Shown: positions 10,021 to 20,368, numbered from the stretch's first letter. The stretch: DNA of 64,000 nucleotides from Verrucomicrobiales bacterium (GCA_005777315.1 SXMN01000316.1:208-64207); one strand, 5' to 3'. The notes: generated from the sequence alone by a model not told the origin. A program made the numbers and translations.

Positions 10021-10654
10021 AATTGGATCGAACAAAGTTTCCGGCAACCTTCCTTGAGCCAGAGCCAGCATGCAAGCGATGCTCCAGTTGAGTCAGTTTC
10101 GCAAACTGCAAATCCCGGCAAACTCCGGACGGTTTGGAATGGAGTTTCCACGCCTGGAAATGAGATTCCTCTTGTGCGCGCCGCCGCCGCCGCCAAGACT
10201 TTGCCAATGAGTGTCAGTTCGTTGAAGCGGTTTTTAGGCCGCTGGTTTGGAGGACACAAATCCAATGCCACGAAATCGGAACTGGTCGGGATTTACCTTA
10301 CCCAGACCAATGGGAGGGAACCGTACTCCCCGGACACGCAGCTAAATCGCCAACGGCGCAACAGTCGCCACAGCCATAATCGCGAGCGCAAGTGATGAGC
10401 ACGCCCTCGGTGAATTGATTTTGACTGGTTCCAGAAGCTTTCTCCCTCCTTGGGGTTTGCCCCACTTTTGAGCGCCACCCAGGATATCGTTGTTCTTATG
10501 GAGGAGTTTTCAAGCTCAGGCATCACTCAGGTCTTGTCCAAAACATTGAAGGGCCAAAAAAGTAAGCAGGCCTTGGCACACACGGATAATTCGCCAAAGC
10601 CCGCCACTTGTAAAGGAGGCTGGCCACAAGGACAGCCCTCTTGAATTGATCTGA

Positions 10655-13567
10655 TTACGGACGGATGCGCGCAAATCTACGCGACTCGTTCGCAGGGAAC
10701 TTCACCCCACTCGCTGCTCCCGGCACGTCCACCCATGGCCCGGTGATATCAGCGGCAGCCTGGAGCGTTCCGCCACCCGACCACTCGACCACTACATCAC
10801 TCCCGACCAGCTTGATGGAGGTGAATTTGAGTTCCGCCGATGGTGGAGGTGTTACAGGCGCCTGAATCCCGAGCAACCAATCCACTGCGGCGTCGAACAA
10901 CTTCCAGCCATTCTCGTTGGCGGCGGCGGCGGTGTTATCCTGGAAGAAGAAGAACGCGCGTCGTGCCGGCATGACGAAGTCGTTGGCACCCTTCTCCCCC
11001 TTGTCATAGTAGAAGATGATCGCCTGTGACGGGTCGGCTGCGAGAGTCGCGATGACGTGGGCGTTCACCGGCTGGGCTTGTGAGTAAGTCTCCGGAGCCG
11101 TCACGGTGAGGAGACCTTTCGGGAAGCCCGCAGCCATCTGATGAGTGTCATCCACAATGTTCACCTGCGACTGGCTTGCTGTGGTTCCTGGAGATGCGTT
11201 CGCCGCCATGAAGCCGAAGGCATCCGTGCTCGAAGCCTCCCAATTCATCGCGGGAATGGTGAGGTTCTTGAATTTCCCAACGCCATCGACTTCAACGGTT
11301 CCGGAGCCGAGGGTTGAGGTTTCAATGATCAGATCCCTGCCGAGGGCGCTGGATCCATCATCAGGCACCCGAGCCCCTTGCATCAAAAAGACGTCGAATC
11401 CACGATCTATGAGATGCTGATTGATGGCGTTGTCGCCAGCAAAGTTGAGTGGTCCGCCTTCCTCAGCCGGATCGGTCGTCACGAGATAAACTCCCTTCTG
11501 GAACCCGATCTCGATGGATGTGCTGGCAGCGACGGCGTTGTTAAACAGATCCTGGACTCCAGTCACGGTCAATTGGTTCTTCGACCCCTTGGCGATGGCC
11601 GAGGTCGTCAGCTCCACAATTTTCGGGTTGGCAGTGAGCTTCGCCGTGCTGACCGTGATGCCATTGTTGATTTTGTAATTACCTGCAGTGTTGGCGCTGG
11701 TAGCAGAAACCGCTTCCGAGAAGATTACATTGACCTTCGTGTCGCTGGAGAAGCTCTTGAGAGCGTTCGCCAACGTGGGTGCCACCTTGTCAGAGATCAC
11801 TTGCGCGTTTAATTCCACGCTGTTTGCAGACTTCCCACTTGGCGCACTGACCACCGCCCGATAGGTGCCTGAATCGCCCGGAACCACTGACTTGATCGTA
11901 AACGTCTTGCCATTGGCTCCCGGAATGTTGGCGCCGTTCTTCTGCCATTGCACCAGCAGGGGGTAATTGTAGCCGGCTGGAGTCACCACCCCATCCACCG
12001 ACACGCTCCAAGGCTGTCCTTCCTCCATCTTGGCGGGAAGTACGGGTTGTTTGGTGATCTGGGGCTCACCCTTGGTGGGTCTCGCATTGGCCCCGACGAG
12101 CGTTCCAGAGATTGGCTTGAGCGAGCCTGCAGGTGTCGTGTCACCCACTTGCCGCATCGCAAGCTGAAGGTAATCGCCGCCGCCGCCTTCCTTTACGAAG
12201 GCGAGGAACGCGTACTTCTTTCCTGCCACCATTGCAATCGGAGTCTGGGTGGTTTCAGGGGAACCATCAGCTTCGTGAAAAGCGTCGCAGCAACCTGTTT
12301 CCTCGGCAATCACGGGATCGACGGCTGGATCTGGCACCTTCTCACTGGTGCTCAGAAAGAACTGCGAAGCATCATCGCTACGGATGAAGAAGTTGTAACT
12401 GCCGGTCTCTGCAGGAATGATGAATCCGGACACCTTGGCACCGTAATTGTCCGCGTAACCATTGGGCGTATCAGTCGCTGGGAGAAGGCGGATATCATCA
12501 GCCTTGTCCTGGTAGTGTGCATCCTCCAGCAAGGCACTGACCGCAGTGCTGCCGATCCCGGTCCATGCTTCAAATTTGACGACACCCTGCGCGAATTCAC
12601 TCGTGAAGGCGGATACGAACAAGGTGGCCTCGGAACTCGTCAGTGTTCCCGCTGACGTGGTGATCGTGGCCTTCAATTTGGCTCCATCATCACCCGCCCC
12701 CACCCCGCTGAGGGATATGGATGTTTTATCGCTGTCAGGAACGTCCGCGCCGTTTTTCGTCCATTTGATACTGCTGATGGTGACTCCTGGTGGCGCATCG
12801 ACCGCTACTGAGAATGTCGCGGTGCTGCCAACATACACGGCCGCGTCTTGTGGTTGCCCGATGATGGTTGCTACTGTCGGCAGGGAAAACGGTGACAGAT
12901 ACTGCCCTGAGATGGGTTTGCCACCATCCTCGAAGTCCGGATCCCCTTCATAGCGGAAAGCTATGGCCAGGTTATCACCACCACCAAACTCGGTTCCAAC
13001 GCCCTCAATGTAGTAAGGCTTACCCTTCGTAACGTTGATGTAGGCCGACCAATTTTGCGGCCGAGGATTCGGGTCTCCCGTGCTGACCACGGTGCGACGT
13101 GTTGCCACACTACCGTCCCATGTCCCGCCGAAAGCTCGTACGGGATTCCACTGCGATTCGCTCGCGACCAGTGTCTTGTTCGCGGGATTGTCGTCCGTGC
13201 TGAAATACAGCTGACCCGGATCATCGGTTGCGATCGCCAACATCAGCTTGCCAGTCTTTGGCGGATAAAAATAACCCTTCAAGACCATGTTGTAGTTATT
13301 GAGCACATCACCAACGGGGGCCGTGTCGTCATCACCCGAGTCAGGAGCGGGAAAGCCGTTGTAGGGGCCTTCTGCCCGCTTCGGGTAGTAGGAACCATTT
13401 GGCACCGCAGTACCTGCCTGGATGCCTGCCCTTTGATCACCCGCAAAGGTGAAGAAGTTAATAGTCCCCTGTGGAGTGGCAGGCGCAGCCGCCTTGGTGG
13501 CGGCGGCAGCCATGCTCAGAACACAGGCCGTCAGTGTTAGAAGGAGTGTGGATCGTCTGGTTTGCAT
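10655..13567 (-). CDS. large secreted PA14 / Ig-like repeat protein
   Basis: 970-aa ORF with signal peptide MQTRRSTLLLTLTACVLSMAAA. It has two PA14-like segments (..KGYFYPPKTGKLMLAIATDDPGQLYFS.. and ..VSGFIIPAETGSYNFFIRSDDASQFFLS..GGGGDYLQLAMR) and Ig-like modules (ATFSVAV..IKWTKNGADV, YRAVVSAPSGK). Confidence 0.7.
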   Translation of the reverse strand: MQTRRSTLLLTLTACVLSMAAAATKAAAPATPQGTINFFTFAGDQRAGIQAGTAVPNGSYYPKRAEGPYNGFPAPDSGDDDTAPVGDVLNNYNMVLKGYFYPPKTGKLMLAIATDDPGQLYFSTDDNPANKTLVASESQWNPVRAFGGTWDGSVATRRTVVSTGDPNPRPQNWSAYINVTKGKPYYIEGVGTEFGGGDNLAIAFRYEGDPDFEDGGKPISGQYLSPFSLPTVATIIGQPQDAAVYVGSTATFSVAVDAPPGVTISSIKWTKNGADVPDSDKTSISLSGVGAGDDGAKLKATITTSAGTLTSSEATLFVSAFTSEFAQGVVKFEAWTGIGSTAVSALLEDAHYQDKADDIRLLPATDTPNGYADNYGAKVSGFIIPAETGSYNFFIRSDDASQFFLSTSEKVPDPAVDPVIAEETGCCDAFHEADGSPETTQTPIAMVAGKKYAFLAFVKEGGGGDYLQLAMRQVGDTTPAGSLKPISGTLVGANARPTKGEPQITKQPVLPAKMEEGQPWSVSVDGVVTPAGYNYPLLVQWQKNGANIPGANGKTFTIKSVVPGDSGTYRAVVSAPSGKSANSVELNAQVISDKVAPTLANALKSFSSDTKVNVIFSEAVSATSANTAGNYKINNGITVSTAKLTANPKIVELTTSAIAKGSKNQLTVTGVQDLFNNAVAASTSIEIGFQKGVYLVTTDPAEEGGPLNFAGDNAINQHLIDRGFDVFLMQGARVPDDGSSALGRDLIIETSTLGSGTVEVDGVGKFKNLTIPAMNWEASSTDAFGFMAANASPGTTASQSQVNIVDDTHQMAAGFPKGLLTVTAPETYSQAQPVNAHVIATLAADPSQAIIFYYDKGEKGANDFVMPARRAFFFFQDNTAAAANENGWKLFDAAVDWLLGIQAPVTPPPSAELKFTSIKLVGSDVVVEWSGGGTLQAAADITGPWVDVPGAASGVKFPANESRRFARIRP

Positions 13568-14050
13568 ACGAGTTGGTTGGATTGCTCACGGTTTACTTTC
13601 CCATCCCTTGATGCTCGTTGAGGAGGTCACCACTGCAAGCCCTGGCCGACCCGCCAGGTCAAGGTTGGCATGCACAGCTTGGAGGGCTTCGCTCAAAAAG
13701 CTTCGAGTCAAATTTGACAGGGATGTGGGCTTATTAGCAGCGTCGTTTACCCCCTGCAATCGAAAATTGCCGAAATTGTGAGTAAATTGCTTCCTCCGGT
13801 GAATTCCAGTGAAAAGGTTTGGTTTCAGCCCTGCCGTTTGCCCGACATTGCTGGCTACTGTGGTTGCTCGAACGGACGAGGTTCTTTCAAAACTGAAGCA
13901 GCGAGCATCAGCTCGCTCCGACTTTCGGAATGTTTGAGCCGACTCACGTCGGCTGCTACGGAGTTTTGAAAGAGCTTCTGACTTGTACAGTAATCCAGTG
14001 CCTCATGCTTCGTGCTTGATCGGGAATGCGCGGGAGCCTTTGCTTCCTCC

Positions 14051-15004
14051 ATGCAAATAGACCGCCGGAAATTCCTCGGACTCGCCTCAGCCTCAACCGC
14101 AGCCCTGGCACTAGGCGCCCCCTCCGTTCGAGCCGCGTCGCGCAGAACGCAAAAGGTTCGTCTCGGTCTCTCCAGTTACTCCTACTGGCATTTCAGACCA
14201 CCAAAAGTTTCAATCGAGACGGTCATCGAGAAGGCCTCCTCGCTGGGCGCGCAGGGAGTGGACATCCTGCACCGGCAGATGGACATCCCAGAAAAGGAAC
14301 CGCTGGACGCATCAGGACGAGCCTATCTACGCAAACTCAAACGCCATGCGTTCGTGAACGGAATCGATCTGATCTGCGTCTCGACTCATCAGACATTCGT
14401 CAGTCCAAAGGCGGATGAGGTGTCGAGAAATGTCGAACACACGATCAAGTGCATCGAAATCGCTTACGAGCTCGGCGCACCTTGCATTCGCATCAACACG
14501 GGCCGTTGGGGAACTTCCAAAGATTTTGACGAGTTGATGAAGAACCGGGGAATCGAACCCGTGCTGCCCGGCTACACCGAGGAGGAAGGTTTCAAGTGGT
14601 GCATTGATGGGATTCAACGTTGCCTCGCCAAGGCCGAGCAGTGTGGGGTTCTGCTCGCTTTGGAGAATCATTGGGGACTCGCGCGAACACCCGAGGGCCT
14701 CATGCGAATCATCAACGCGATCAATTCACCCTGGCTCGGTGTACTGATGGACACAGGGAACTTCCTCGAAGATCCATATCCCAAGCTGCGGCAGATCGCT
14801 CCAAAGACTGTTTTCGTCCAGGCCAAGACATATCAGGGTGGCGGCGAGTGGTATTCCCTCGACCTGGATTACAAACGTGTTGCCGAAATCCTCGGGACGG
14901 TGAATTACCACGGCTATGTATCGCTGGAGTTCGAAGGGAAGGAAGACCCGAATACCGCAGTGCCCAAGAGCCTCGCTATCTTGAGGAAGGCGTTCGGGCT
15001 TTGA
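14051..15004 (+). CDS. TAT-signal sugar phosphate isomerase/epimerase (xylose isomerase-like TIM barrel)
   Basis: Twin-arginine leader MQIDRRKFLGLASASTAALALGAPSVRA begins at the internal Met (14051). The motifs LALENHWG and LMDTGNF are typical of the AP endonuclease 2 / xylose isomerase-like fold. Confidence 0.75.
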   Translation: MQIDRRKFLGLASASTAALALGAPSVRAASRRTQKVRLGLSSYSYWHFRPPKVSIETVIEKASSLGAQGVDILHRQMDIPEKEPLDASGRAYLRKLKRHAFVNGIDLICVSTHQTFVSPKADEVSRNVEHTIKCIEIAYELGAPCIRINTGRWGTSKDFDELMKNRGIEPVLPGYTEEEGFKWCIDGIQRCLAKAEQCGVLLALENHWGLARTPEGLMRIINAINSPWLGVLMDTGNFLEDPYPKLRQIAPKTVFVQAKTYQGGGEWYSLDLDYKRVAEILGTVNYHGYVSLEFEGKEDPNTAVPKSLAILRKAFGL

Positions 15005-15107
15005 CTGTCGAACGCGTTGGACAGCGACATCTGCGGTCGGCTCATTGCGTGGCAACCCACACCTTGACGCCGGATTGCCGGGACGCCCTGACGGCGCGGC
15101 GAAGCCT

Positions 15108-16286
15108 TCAGTTCCGCTTCCGTGGTTCGAACGCGGCGCTCACATCATTGGCAGCGAGCGCCTGGCCTCGATGAATAAACACTTCGCGATCGCTCCACCG
15201 GACGAGGAACAAAATGTCTTTGGCCCGGGCATGGAAACCGTAAAGCACAGAGCCCTCCTTCCCGTCGGCAATTTCAGCATTGTCCGCCTTGCGGATCGTC
15301 GATTGGAACAATTCAGCAATGCGCGCTTCATGGCCGTCGAAATTGATTAACTGACCTGTGCACAAGGCCGCCGCTGCCAACGGAGCCAATGGCGGCTCAT
15401 TCGACACTGGCTTGAAGAGATACCAATTCTTGTCCCCCGGTTGCCGACTCTGAACCAGAAGAGCCCGGTTATTCAGGTCGTCGGTGAGAGGATACTCATG
15501 CCGATCGAAAGATCTGCCCACCAACCCGATCCCGACGACCGAATGTCCGGCGATGCGCCAGTTTCTGCCGTTCAATTTTCCCTCGCTACCGGGAGTGAGC
15601 ATGGACGGAGGTGCGGCGATGTTCGTAGGCGCAACGTGGCGCCGTGAGTTTCTGCAGGACGAGTTACCCGCGAACACCACTCCGAACATTGCCAGCACAG
15701 CGATGATGGCTGCGATTTGTGGGGGCGAAGTGGACGATGCCTTTTGCATAGTACCAGACGACAGCTCGTTCATCGTCCCAACCGGGATCTTAAACGCGCT
15801 CATCACCATCCCACGCGTTAGATTGATCCCCCGGTAACACTCGACTTCGTCACCCGTCCAGCTCACCGCCAATGTTCGTCCGTCGCCCTCAGCATTGAAG
15901 TAATGAGCAACATCCCCCAGTCCGACTCCCTCAGGCGCTTGGCCCTCGATATGACGCACACATGATTCGTCCACGAGTGCGACGCGCGCATCCACACCAT
16001 CCAGTTGAATCCTGTCCCCCACACGTCTGGCAGCAGCCTCAGCCACGTTCATCCCCTGCCCCGGATCGAAACCGGTAAACATGCGCCATTCGCCGCCACG
16101 CTCCGTCACTTCATAAACCAGCGTCGCAGATGTACCATCATCGCAAACCAGATTGAACTCATTCCAATAATAAGTTGTCCCGGATTCCTCCATGCTCAGG
16201 ACCACACGGCCAGCAACACGATACAAACGTCCGCTGAAGGTGCCCATCATGCCGATACGGATGGGAGTTGGATTTACGGTTTTCAT
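15108..16286 (-). CDS. tandem DUF4178-domain protein with central TM helix
   Basis: The N-terminus IRIGMMGTFSGRLYRVAGRVVLSMEESGTTYYWNEFNLVCDDGTSATLVYE fits DUF4178. A second similar module (GKLNGRNWRIAGHSVVG...YEYPLTDD) follows the TM segment IAAIIAVLAMFGVVFAG. Its ATG overlaps the upstream stop (ATGA at 16283-16286). Confidence 0.65.
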   Translation of the reverse strand: MKTVNPTPIRIGMMGTFSGRLYRVAGRVVLSMEESGTTYYWNEFNLVCDDGTSATLVYEVTERGGEWRMFTGFDPGQGMNVAEAAARRVGDRIQLDGVDARVALVDESCVRHIEGQAPEGVGLGDVAHYFNAEGDGRTLAVSWTGDEVECYRGINLTRGMVMSAFKIPVGTMNELSSGTMQKASSTSPPQIAAIIAVLAMFGVVFAGNSSCRNSRRHVAPTNIAAPPSMLTPGSEGKLNGRNWRIAGHSVVGIGLVGRSFDRHEYPLTDDLNNRALLVQSRQPGDKNWYLFKPVSNEPPLAPLAAAALCTGQLINFDGHEARIAELFQSTIRKADNAEIADGKEGSVLYGFHARAKDILFLVRWSDREVFIHRGQALAANDVSAAFEPRKRN

Positions 16287-17428
16287 GATCTGGAAACTCC
16301 TTCCGCCCCCCTGAAAAAGTGCGGCACGAAACGGCTCAGATTCCCCGTGATGCGCCTTGTGTCTTCCCGTATGCCCAAGCCCGCCGCCTCATGATCCACC
16401 ACCCACACACCGAAAACAGGGTGATGCCCCATAAACTCCGGCAATGGAGCCAGTGCCTGAAACACGTATCCCTCCTCTCCGTAATCGCCGTGCGTCTCCT
16501 CAACCACCACACCGCCTTCCACCCATGTCACGTTGCTGCCTTCGCGGCTCAACCTTGGTTTGCGGATGTAGCGCGCGCTCAACGCGTCAGGAAATTCGTA
16601 AGCTGGCAGAAGATTCGGATGCTCGGGAAAGAGTTCCCAAAGGATCGGCAACAAGCCTTTGTTGCTCAAAAGCATCTTCCATGTCGGCTCGACGAACTGG
16701 GTTGGGGCCGTTGCAAGATGAGGGCCGAATTCCTCGTGCCAGAGCCATTCCCACGGATACAGTTTGAAGCATCGCTCAATAGGCGCGTTATCCAGATCAA
16801 CGAAACAGTTGCGGCATGAATCCCAGCCGATGTCGTCAATATACACTGGCTTCGATTTCACTCCCGCCTGCTCGCAGGTGTCACGAAGATAGAGCACGGT
16901 CATCTCGTCTTCCGAATGCTCCTTAACACTGCAAAAGTGAACCGTTGAGCCAGACCATTTCCGCCACGCTTCGATAAGCCGTTCATGGATTGAATTGAAT
17001 TGGTCCGCGTCCGCGTACGTTTCATTCAACCAGAACCACTGCGCGACTGAAGCTTCGACGAGCGCGGTGGGAGTATCCGCGTTGTATTCGAGAAGCTTGG
17101 GTGGAGTTGTTCCATCAAAGGCGAGGTCGAACCTCCCGTACAAACTGAATTCATCCCGCTCCCATGAACGAATGATGCCGGGCGCAGCGATCGAAGGAAT
17201 TCCAAGGCGCGTCCACCAACCATTCTCAATCACGGCTTCAGCCGCTTCGATGCAGAGGCGGTGCAGCGTGTTGCCGGCGAGTTCGAGGGCCTCAACCTCA
17301 CGCGCTGTCAGTTCGTAGCAGGCGGACTCGTCCCAGTACGGCCCGGAGTCGTGCGAGTGATAAGTCAGGCCGAGCCTTTCCACCTTCGTCCGCCAATCGG
17401 GGCGGGGCTTGCAAACGTGGCGTTTCAT
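16283..17428 (-). CDS. glutathionylspermidine synthase-like ATP-grasp protein (YgiC/YjfC family)
   Basis: PDWRTKVERLGLTYH...YWDESACYELTAREVEALE...LYGRFDLAFDG..PKLLEYNADTPT...WEWLWHE...NKGLLPILWELFP is the GspS synthetase-domain pattern. The start is the internal ATG at 17428, which overlaps the upstream stop by 1 nt (TGATG). Confidence 0.8.
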   Translation of the reverse strand: MKRHVCKPRPDWRTKVERLGLTYHSHDSGPYWDESACYELTAREVEALELAGNTLHRLCIEAAEAVIENGWWTRLGIPSIAAPGIIRSWERDEFSLYGRFDLAFDGTTPPKLLEYNADTPTALVEASVAQWFWLNETYADADQFNSIHERLIEAWRKWSGSTVHFCSVKEHSEDEMTVLYLRDTCEQAGVKSKPVYIDDIGWDSCRNCFVDLDNAPIERCFKLYPWEWLWHEEFGPHLATAPTQFVEPTWKMLLSNKGLLPILWELFPEHPNLLPAYEFPDALSARYIRKPRLSREGSNVTWVEGGVVVEETHGDYGEEGYVFQALAPLPEFMGHHPVFGVWVVDHEAAGLGIREDTRRITGNLSRFVPHFFRGAEGVSRS

Positions 17429-17799
17429 CAGGACCAGATCCGATGGTTTCGCGATGCACTGCCAAATCCGCCTCGCGTGACATCCGTTCGTTGCGCGGAC
17501 GCCTGCTGGACGGCCCCGGCCGTCGGAGGAGATACATTCGTAATGCTTTGATGCGGCGAAGCATCCCATTGGCCGCCGAAGAAATAGCGCCGTGTCTGCG
17601 GATCGAAATGATTGTAACGCATCGGATACCAGGCACGAAACGGCGCGTGGTAATAGCCGACACCCGGCACATGAAAATTGTTGGTGTAAACACCGGCCGT
17701 GCTGACGACGGGCCTTTCACTCGACGGACCGCAACCCGCGAGAGTCCCGGCAGATATTCCGCCAATCAAAACCAGACGGATGCTTCGGCTCCGTTTCAC
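17428..17799 (-). CDS. DUF1190 (YjfM-like) lipoprotein
   Basis: 123 aa. MKRSRSIRLVLIGGISAGTLAGCG is a lipobox leader. The size and position immediately upstream of the GspS-like gene match E. coli yjfM-yjfC. Confidence 0.6.
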   Translation of the reverse strand: MKRSRSIRLVLIGGISAGTLAGCGPSSERPVVSTAGVYTNNFHVPGVGYYHAPFRAWYPMRYNHFDPQTRRYFFGGQWDASPHQSITNVSPPTAGAVQQASAQRTDVTRGGFGSASRNHRIWS

Positions 17800-17822
17800 C
17801 AGGAGTTACGAGTTAGCAGACT

Positions 17823-18134
17823 TCAACCCAGCATTGCAGCGGCAACAATGATGCACATGCCAAGGATCACAGCCGCGGCGACGATGGAAGCCGCCACGTT
17901 CCTGTTCTCCACGATTTCCTTGTGCAGATCACCCGGCGTGCATTTGTCGAATGTCTTGTAACCAACAACAGCGACAACGATCCCGATGAGGGCGAAGATG
18001 AGCATGTGCAAGATCGCCTGCCCAAGTGAGTGCGCATGCCACGTGGATTCCGGAGAGACGTCAGCCGCCGTGAGTGGTGATGCGGATGCCAGCATGAGAA
18101 GGCAACTCTGTGAGAACCTTGAGAATGTTTTCAT
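17823..18134 (-). CDS. DUF350 (YjfL-like) small membrane protein
   Basis: The C-terminal half LIFALIGIVVAVVGYKTFDKCTPGDLHKEIVENRNVAASIVAAAVILGMCIIVAAAM matches the DUF350 pattern. The internal Met (MKTFSRFSQSCLLMLASASPLTA) is preferred to the ORF start at 18242. Confidence 0.65.
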   Translation of the reverse strand: MKTFSRFSQSCLLMLASASPLTAADVSPESTWHAHSLGQAILHMLIFALIGIVVAVVGYKTFDKCTPGDLHKEIVENRNVAASIVAAAVILGMCIIVAAAMLG

Positions 18135-18406
18135 ACCGTACGTGGTTTCAGATTGGATGATTGAATGTCCGGAAGGATAGCCGGTGGCGGTCAAAGCAGT
18201 CGAAGAGAAAATCAATTGAAGCAGGAAAGTCGGGATAATCATCTACGTTCAAAACGTTCAAACCTCTTCGGTCAGACTTCTTCAACGAATTCCCCGTTGG
18301 ACGAAGACCGGATTAACGTACCAGATGACTGAAGCATCACGAACGGTTAATCGATTGAAATCTCTGATGTTGAAAACGTACTCGCGTATCCTGCAATAAG
18401 CCGACA

Positions 18407-18856
18407 TCAGCCAGGGTAGCCGCCTGCGATGTAATTCTCGAGCGAGCAGATTGTCGCATCCTGAGTGCGGATGATCCAGTTCACCAGGTCTCCGATCGAA
18501 AGGACTCCCACAACCCGGTCGCCTCGCATCACAGGGAGATGCCGTACGCGGTTTGAAGTCATCAGTTTCATGCATTCCGAGATCGAACTGTCCGGCGAGG
18601 CGCTCACAATTTCACAGGAGACGATTTCGCCCACTGAAGTCTCCCGGGAATTGCGGCCCTGGAGCGCGATCTTCCGAGTGTAATCCCGCTCCGAAAATAC
18701 TCCCAACAGCCGCGAGCCTTCCATTACAAGCAAAGCGCCCACATTCCTCTCGGAGAGCTGACGGATGGCCTCATAAACCGTTGTTTCCGGTGGAACGGCG
18801 AAGACTTCGCGGCTCTTGGTTTGGAGGATCGATTCTGCCGTGCCGATGGTTTCCAT
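18407..18856 (-). CDS. CBS-pair domain protein
   Basis: 149 aa with two CBS motifs (VYEAIRQLSERNVGALLVMEGSRLLGVFSERD and ISECMKLMTSNRVRHLPVMRGDRVVGVLSIGDL). Confidence 0.85.
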   Translation of the reverse strand: METIGTAESILQTKSREVFAVPPETTVYEAIRQLSERNVGALLVMEGSRLLGVFSERDYTRKIALQGRNSRETSVGEIVSCEIVSASPDSSISECMKLMTSNRVRHLPVMRGDRVVGVLSIGDLVNWIIRTQDATICSLENYIAGGYPG

Positions 18857-19085
18857 GGTGGGGTTGGGTTAGTGGTTAAGAGCAAAGGCTTCCCGCGAGT
18901 TCAGAAATGGACCGCTCGTTTTCAACGGACGAGAGACGATTAGGGCCGTCATAGTGCCGGGGTTTGACGCGACTATCCACCGCCCGGTCTCCACCGTCAA
19001 GCAAGGCGAACGACCTTTGCTTGAATCTTTTTGATCCTGGCCGCGTCATCAGACACGTTACGCGTCCGAAACTAAAACATAATTC

Positions 19086-19499
19086 ATGAACAAATCATTC
19101 ACTCTGGCAGCCGCTGCCTCTGTGCTGCTCTCCGTGAGCGCGTTGGGCGAGGCTGACATCACTAAACTGCCCCCATCTGCGAGTCAGAAGGGCGTCACGT
19201 TCGACAAGGACATCAAACCACTCTTCGAGAAGGCCTGCTTTAAGTGCCATGGTCCTGAAACGGAAAAGCCCAAAGGCAAGTTCCGCGCAGACACCCTCGC
19301 CGCGGTTCTCAAGGGAGGAGAAAATAGTCCCAATGTAGTGGCCGGCGACATCAAGAAGAGCACGCTTCTGCATCAAGTGGCCCTGATCATTGACGAAGAT
19401 GAATGGATGCCACCCAAGGACAACAAAGCCAAAATCGCCCCGTTGACCAAGGAGCAGATCGGCCTGGTCCGGGCGTGGATCGAACAAGGCGCGAAGTAG
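19086..19499 (+). CDS. small secreted c-type cytochrome domain protein (planctomycete cytochrome c, PSCyt1-like)
   Basis: Has a signal peptide. FDKDIKPLFEKACFKCHGPETEKPKGKFRADT contains CxxCH, and WMPPKDN...LTKEQIGLVRAWIEQGA is the usual PSCyt1 tail. Confidence 0.7.
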   Translation: MNKSFTLAAAASVLLSVSALGEADITKLPPSASQKGVTFDKDIKPLFEKACFKCHGPETEKPKGKFRADTLAAVLKGGENSPNVVAGDIKKSTLLHQVALIIDEDEWMPPKDNKAKIAPLTKEQIGLVRAWIEQGAK

Positions 19500-19521
19500 T
19501 TTTTCACATAACGCGATTGTG

Positions 19522-19560
19522 CCCAGGAGCGCTTTGAGCCTGAAAGTGCTCCTGGGTTTC
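19522..19560 (+). terminator. putative intrinsic terminator
   Basis: CCCAGGAGCGC (19522-19532) pairs with GTGCTCCTGGG (19547-19557), giving an 11-bp stem with one G.U, followed by TTT. It lies 23 nt after the cytochrome stop codon. The U-tract is short. Confidence 0.45.
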
Positions 19561-19627
19561 CCGTCGATCCTGAGACATTTGCAGAGTTCCTGTTGCTGAA
19601 CACTGGCTCCGGATCCTTCTCTTTTTC

Positions 19628-20290
19628 ATGGCCCGCGAATCCGCCGCTGCCAAATCTGCCCGCGTTCGAGAGATCATCGCCGCCCTCCGCGCGACGTATC
19701 CGGACGCGCATTGCGAACTCAAGTACACGAACCCGCTCGAACTGCTGATCGCCACGATTCTCTCCGCGCAATGCACCGACAAGCGCGTGAATATCGTCAC
19801 TCAAAAGCTCTTCAAGAAACACCGCACGGCTGACGGGTATGCCCAGGCTGATCCAGCCGAATTGGAGAATGACATCCACTCGACCGGCTTTTTTCGGAAC
19901 AAGGCGAAGAACATCCAGGCTTGCTGCCGCGCGATTGTCGAACAGCATGGTGGCGAAGTCCCTCGCACCATGGATGCGCTCATCGAGCTTGGCGGCGTGG
20001 GACGCAAGACGGCGAATGTCGTCCTCGGAAATGCATTCAACATCAACGAAGGCATCGTCGTGGACACACATGTGGCGCGGCTCTCCCACCGGCTTGGCCT
20101 GACAACGCGGAAGACTCCCGAGAAGATCGAGGAGGATCTACAAAAGCTCATCCCTCACGAGTCATGGACGATGATCAGCCATTGGTTGATCTGGCACGGA
20201 CGGCGTCGGTGCTCCGCGCGCAAACCAGATTGCGAACATTGCGAGGTGCGGGACTTGTGCCCGTTTCCAGGAGCTTCCAAGCGGAGTTGA
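19628..20290 (+). CDS. nth: endonuclease III
   Basis: ELKYTNPLELLIATILSAQCTDKRVN, the HhH-GPD region LIELGGVGRKTANVVL, the catalytic VDTH and the C-terminal 4Fe-4S cluster C-x6-C-x2-C-x5-C (CSARKPDCEHCEVRDLC). Confidence 0.9.
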   Translation: MARESAAAKSARVREIIAALRATYPDAHCELKYTNPLELLIATILSAQCTDKRVNIVTQKLFKKHRTADGYAQADPAELENDIHSTGFFRNKAKNIQACCRAIVEQHGGEVPRTMDALIELGGVGRKTANVVLGNAFNINEGIVVDTHVARLSHRLGLTTRKTPEKIEEDLQKLIPHESWTMISHWLIWHGRRRCSARKPDCEHCEVRDLCPFPGASKRS

Positions 20291-20368
20291 AAGTCGCCAA
20301 CGGCAGCGAATGCCGAACGATTATCGCACTCTTGCCAAGGCCACGGCCTCGATGAAATCACTGCCGGA

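Noticed and set aside
15005-15024. 20-nt near-palindrome CTGTCGAACGCGTTGGACAG directly after the stop of the TIM-barrel gene
   Set aside because: It could be an operator or a weak terminator. However, it is single-copy in the window, has no U-tract and no neighbouring regulator, so there is too little to support a call.
18980-19040. Terminator-like hairpin CAAGCAA...TTGCTTG followed by a T-run in the 5' region of the small cytochrome gene (possible attenuator or riboswitch)
   Set aside because: It has only a 7-bp AU-containing stem. No conserved riboswitch core is recognisable and no alternative antiterminator pairing was found by eye.
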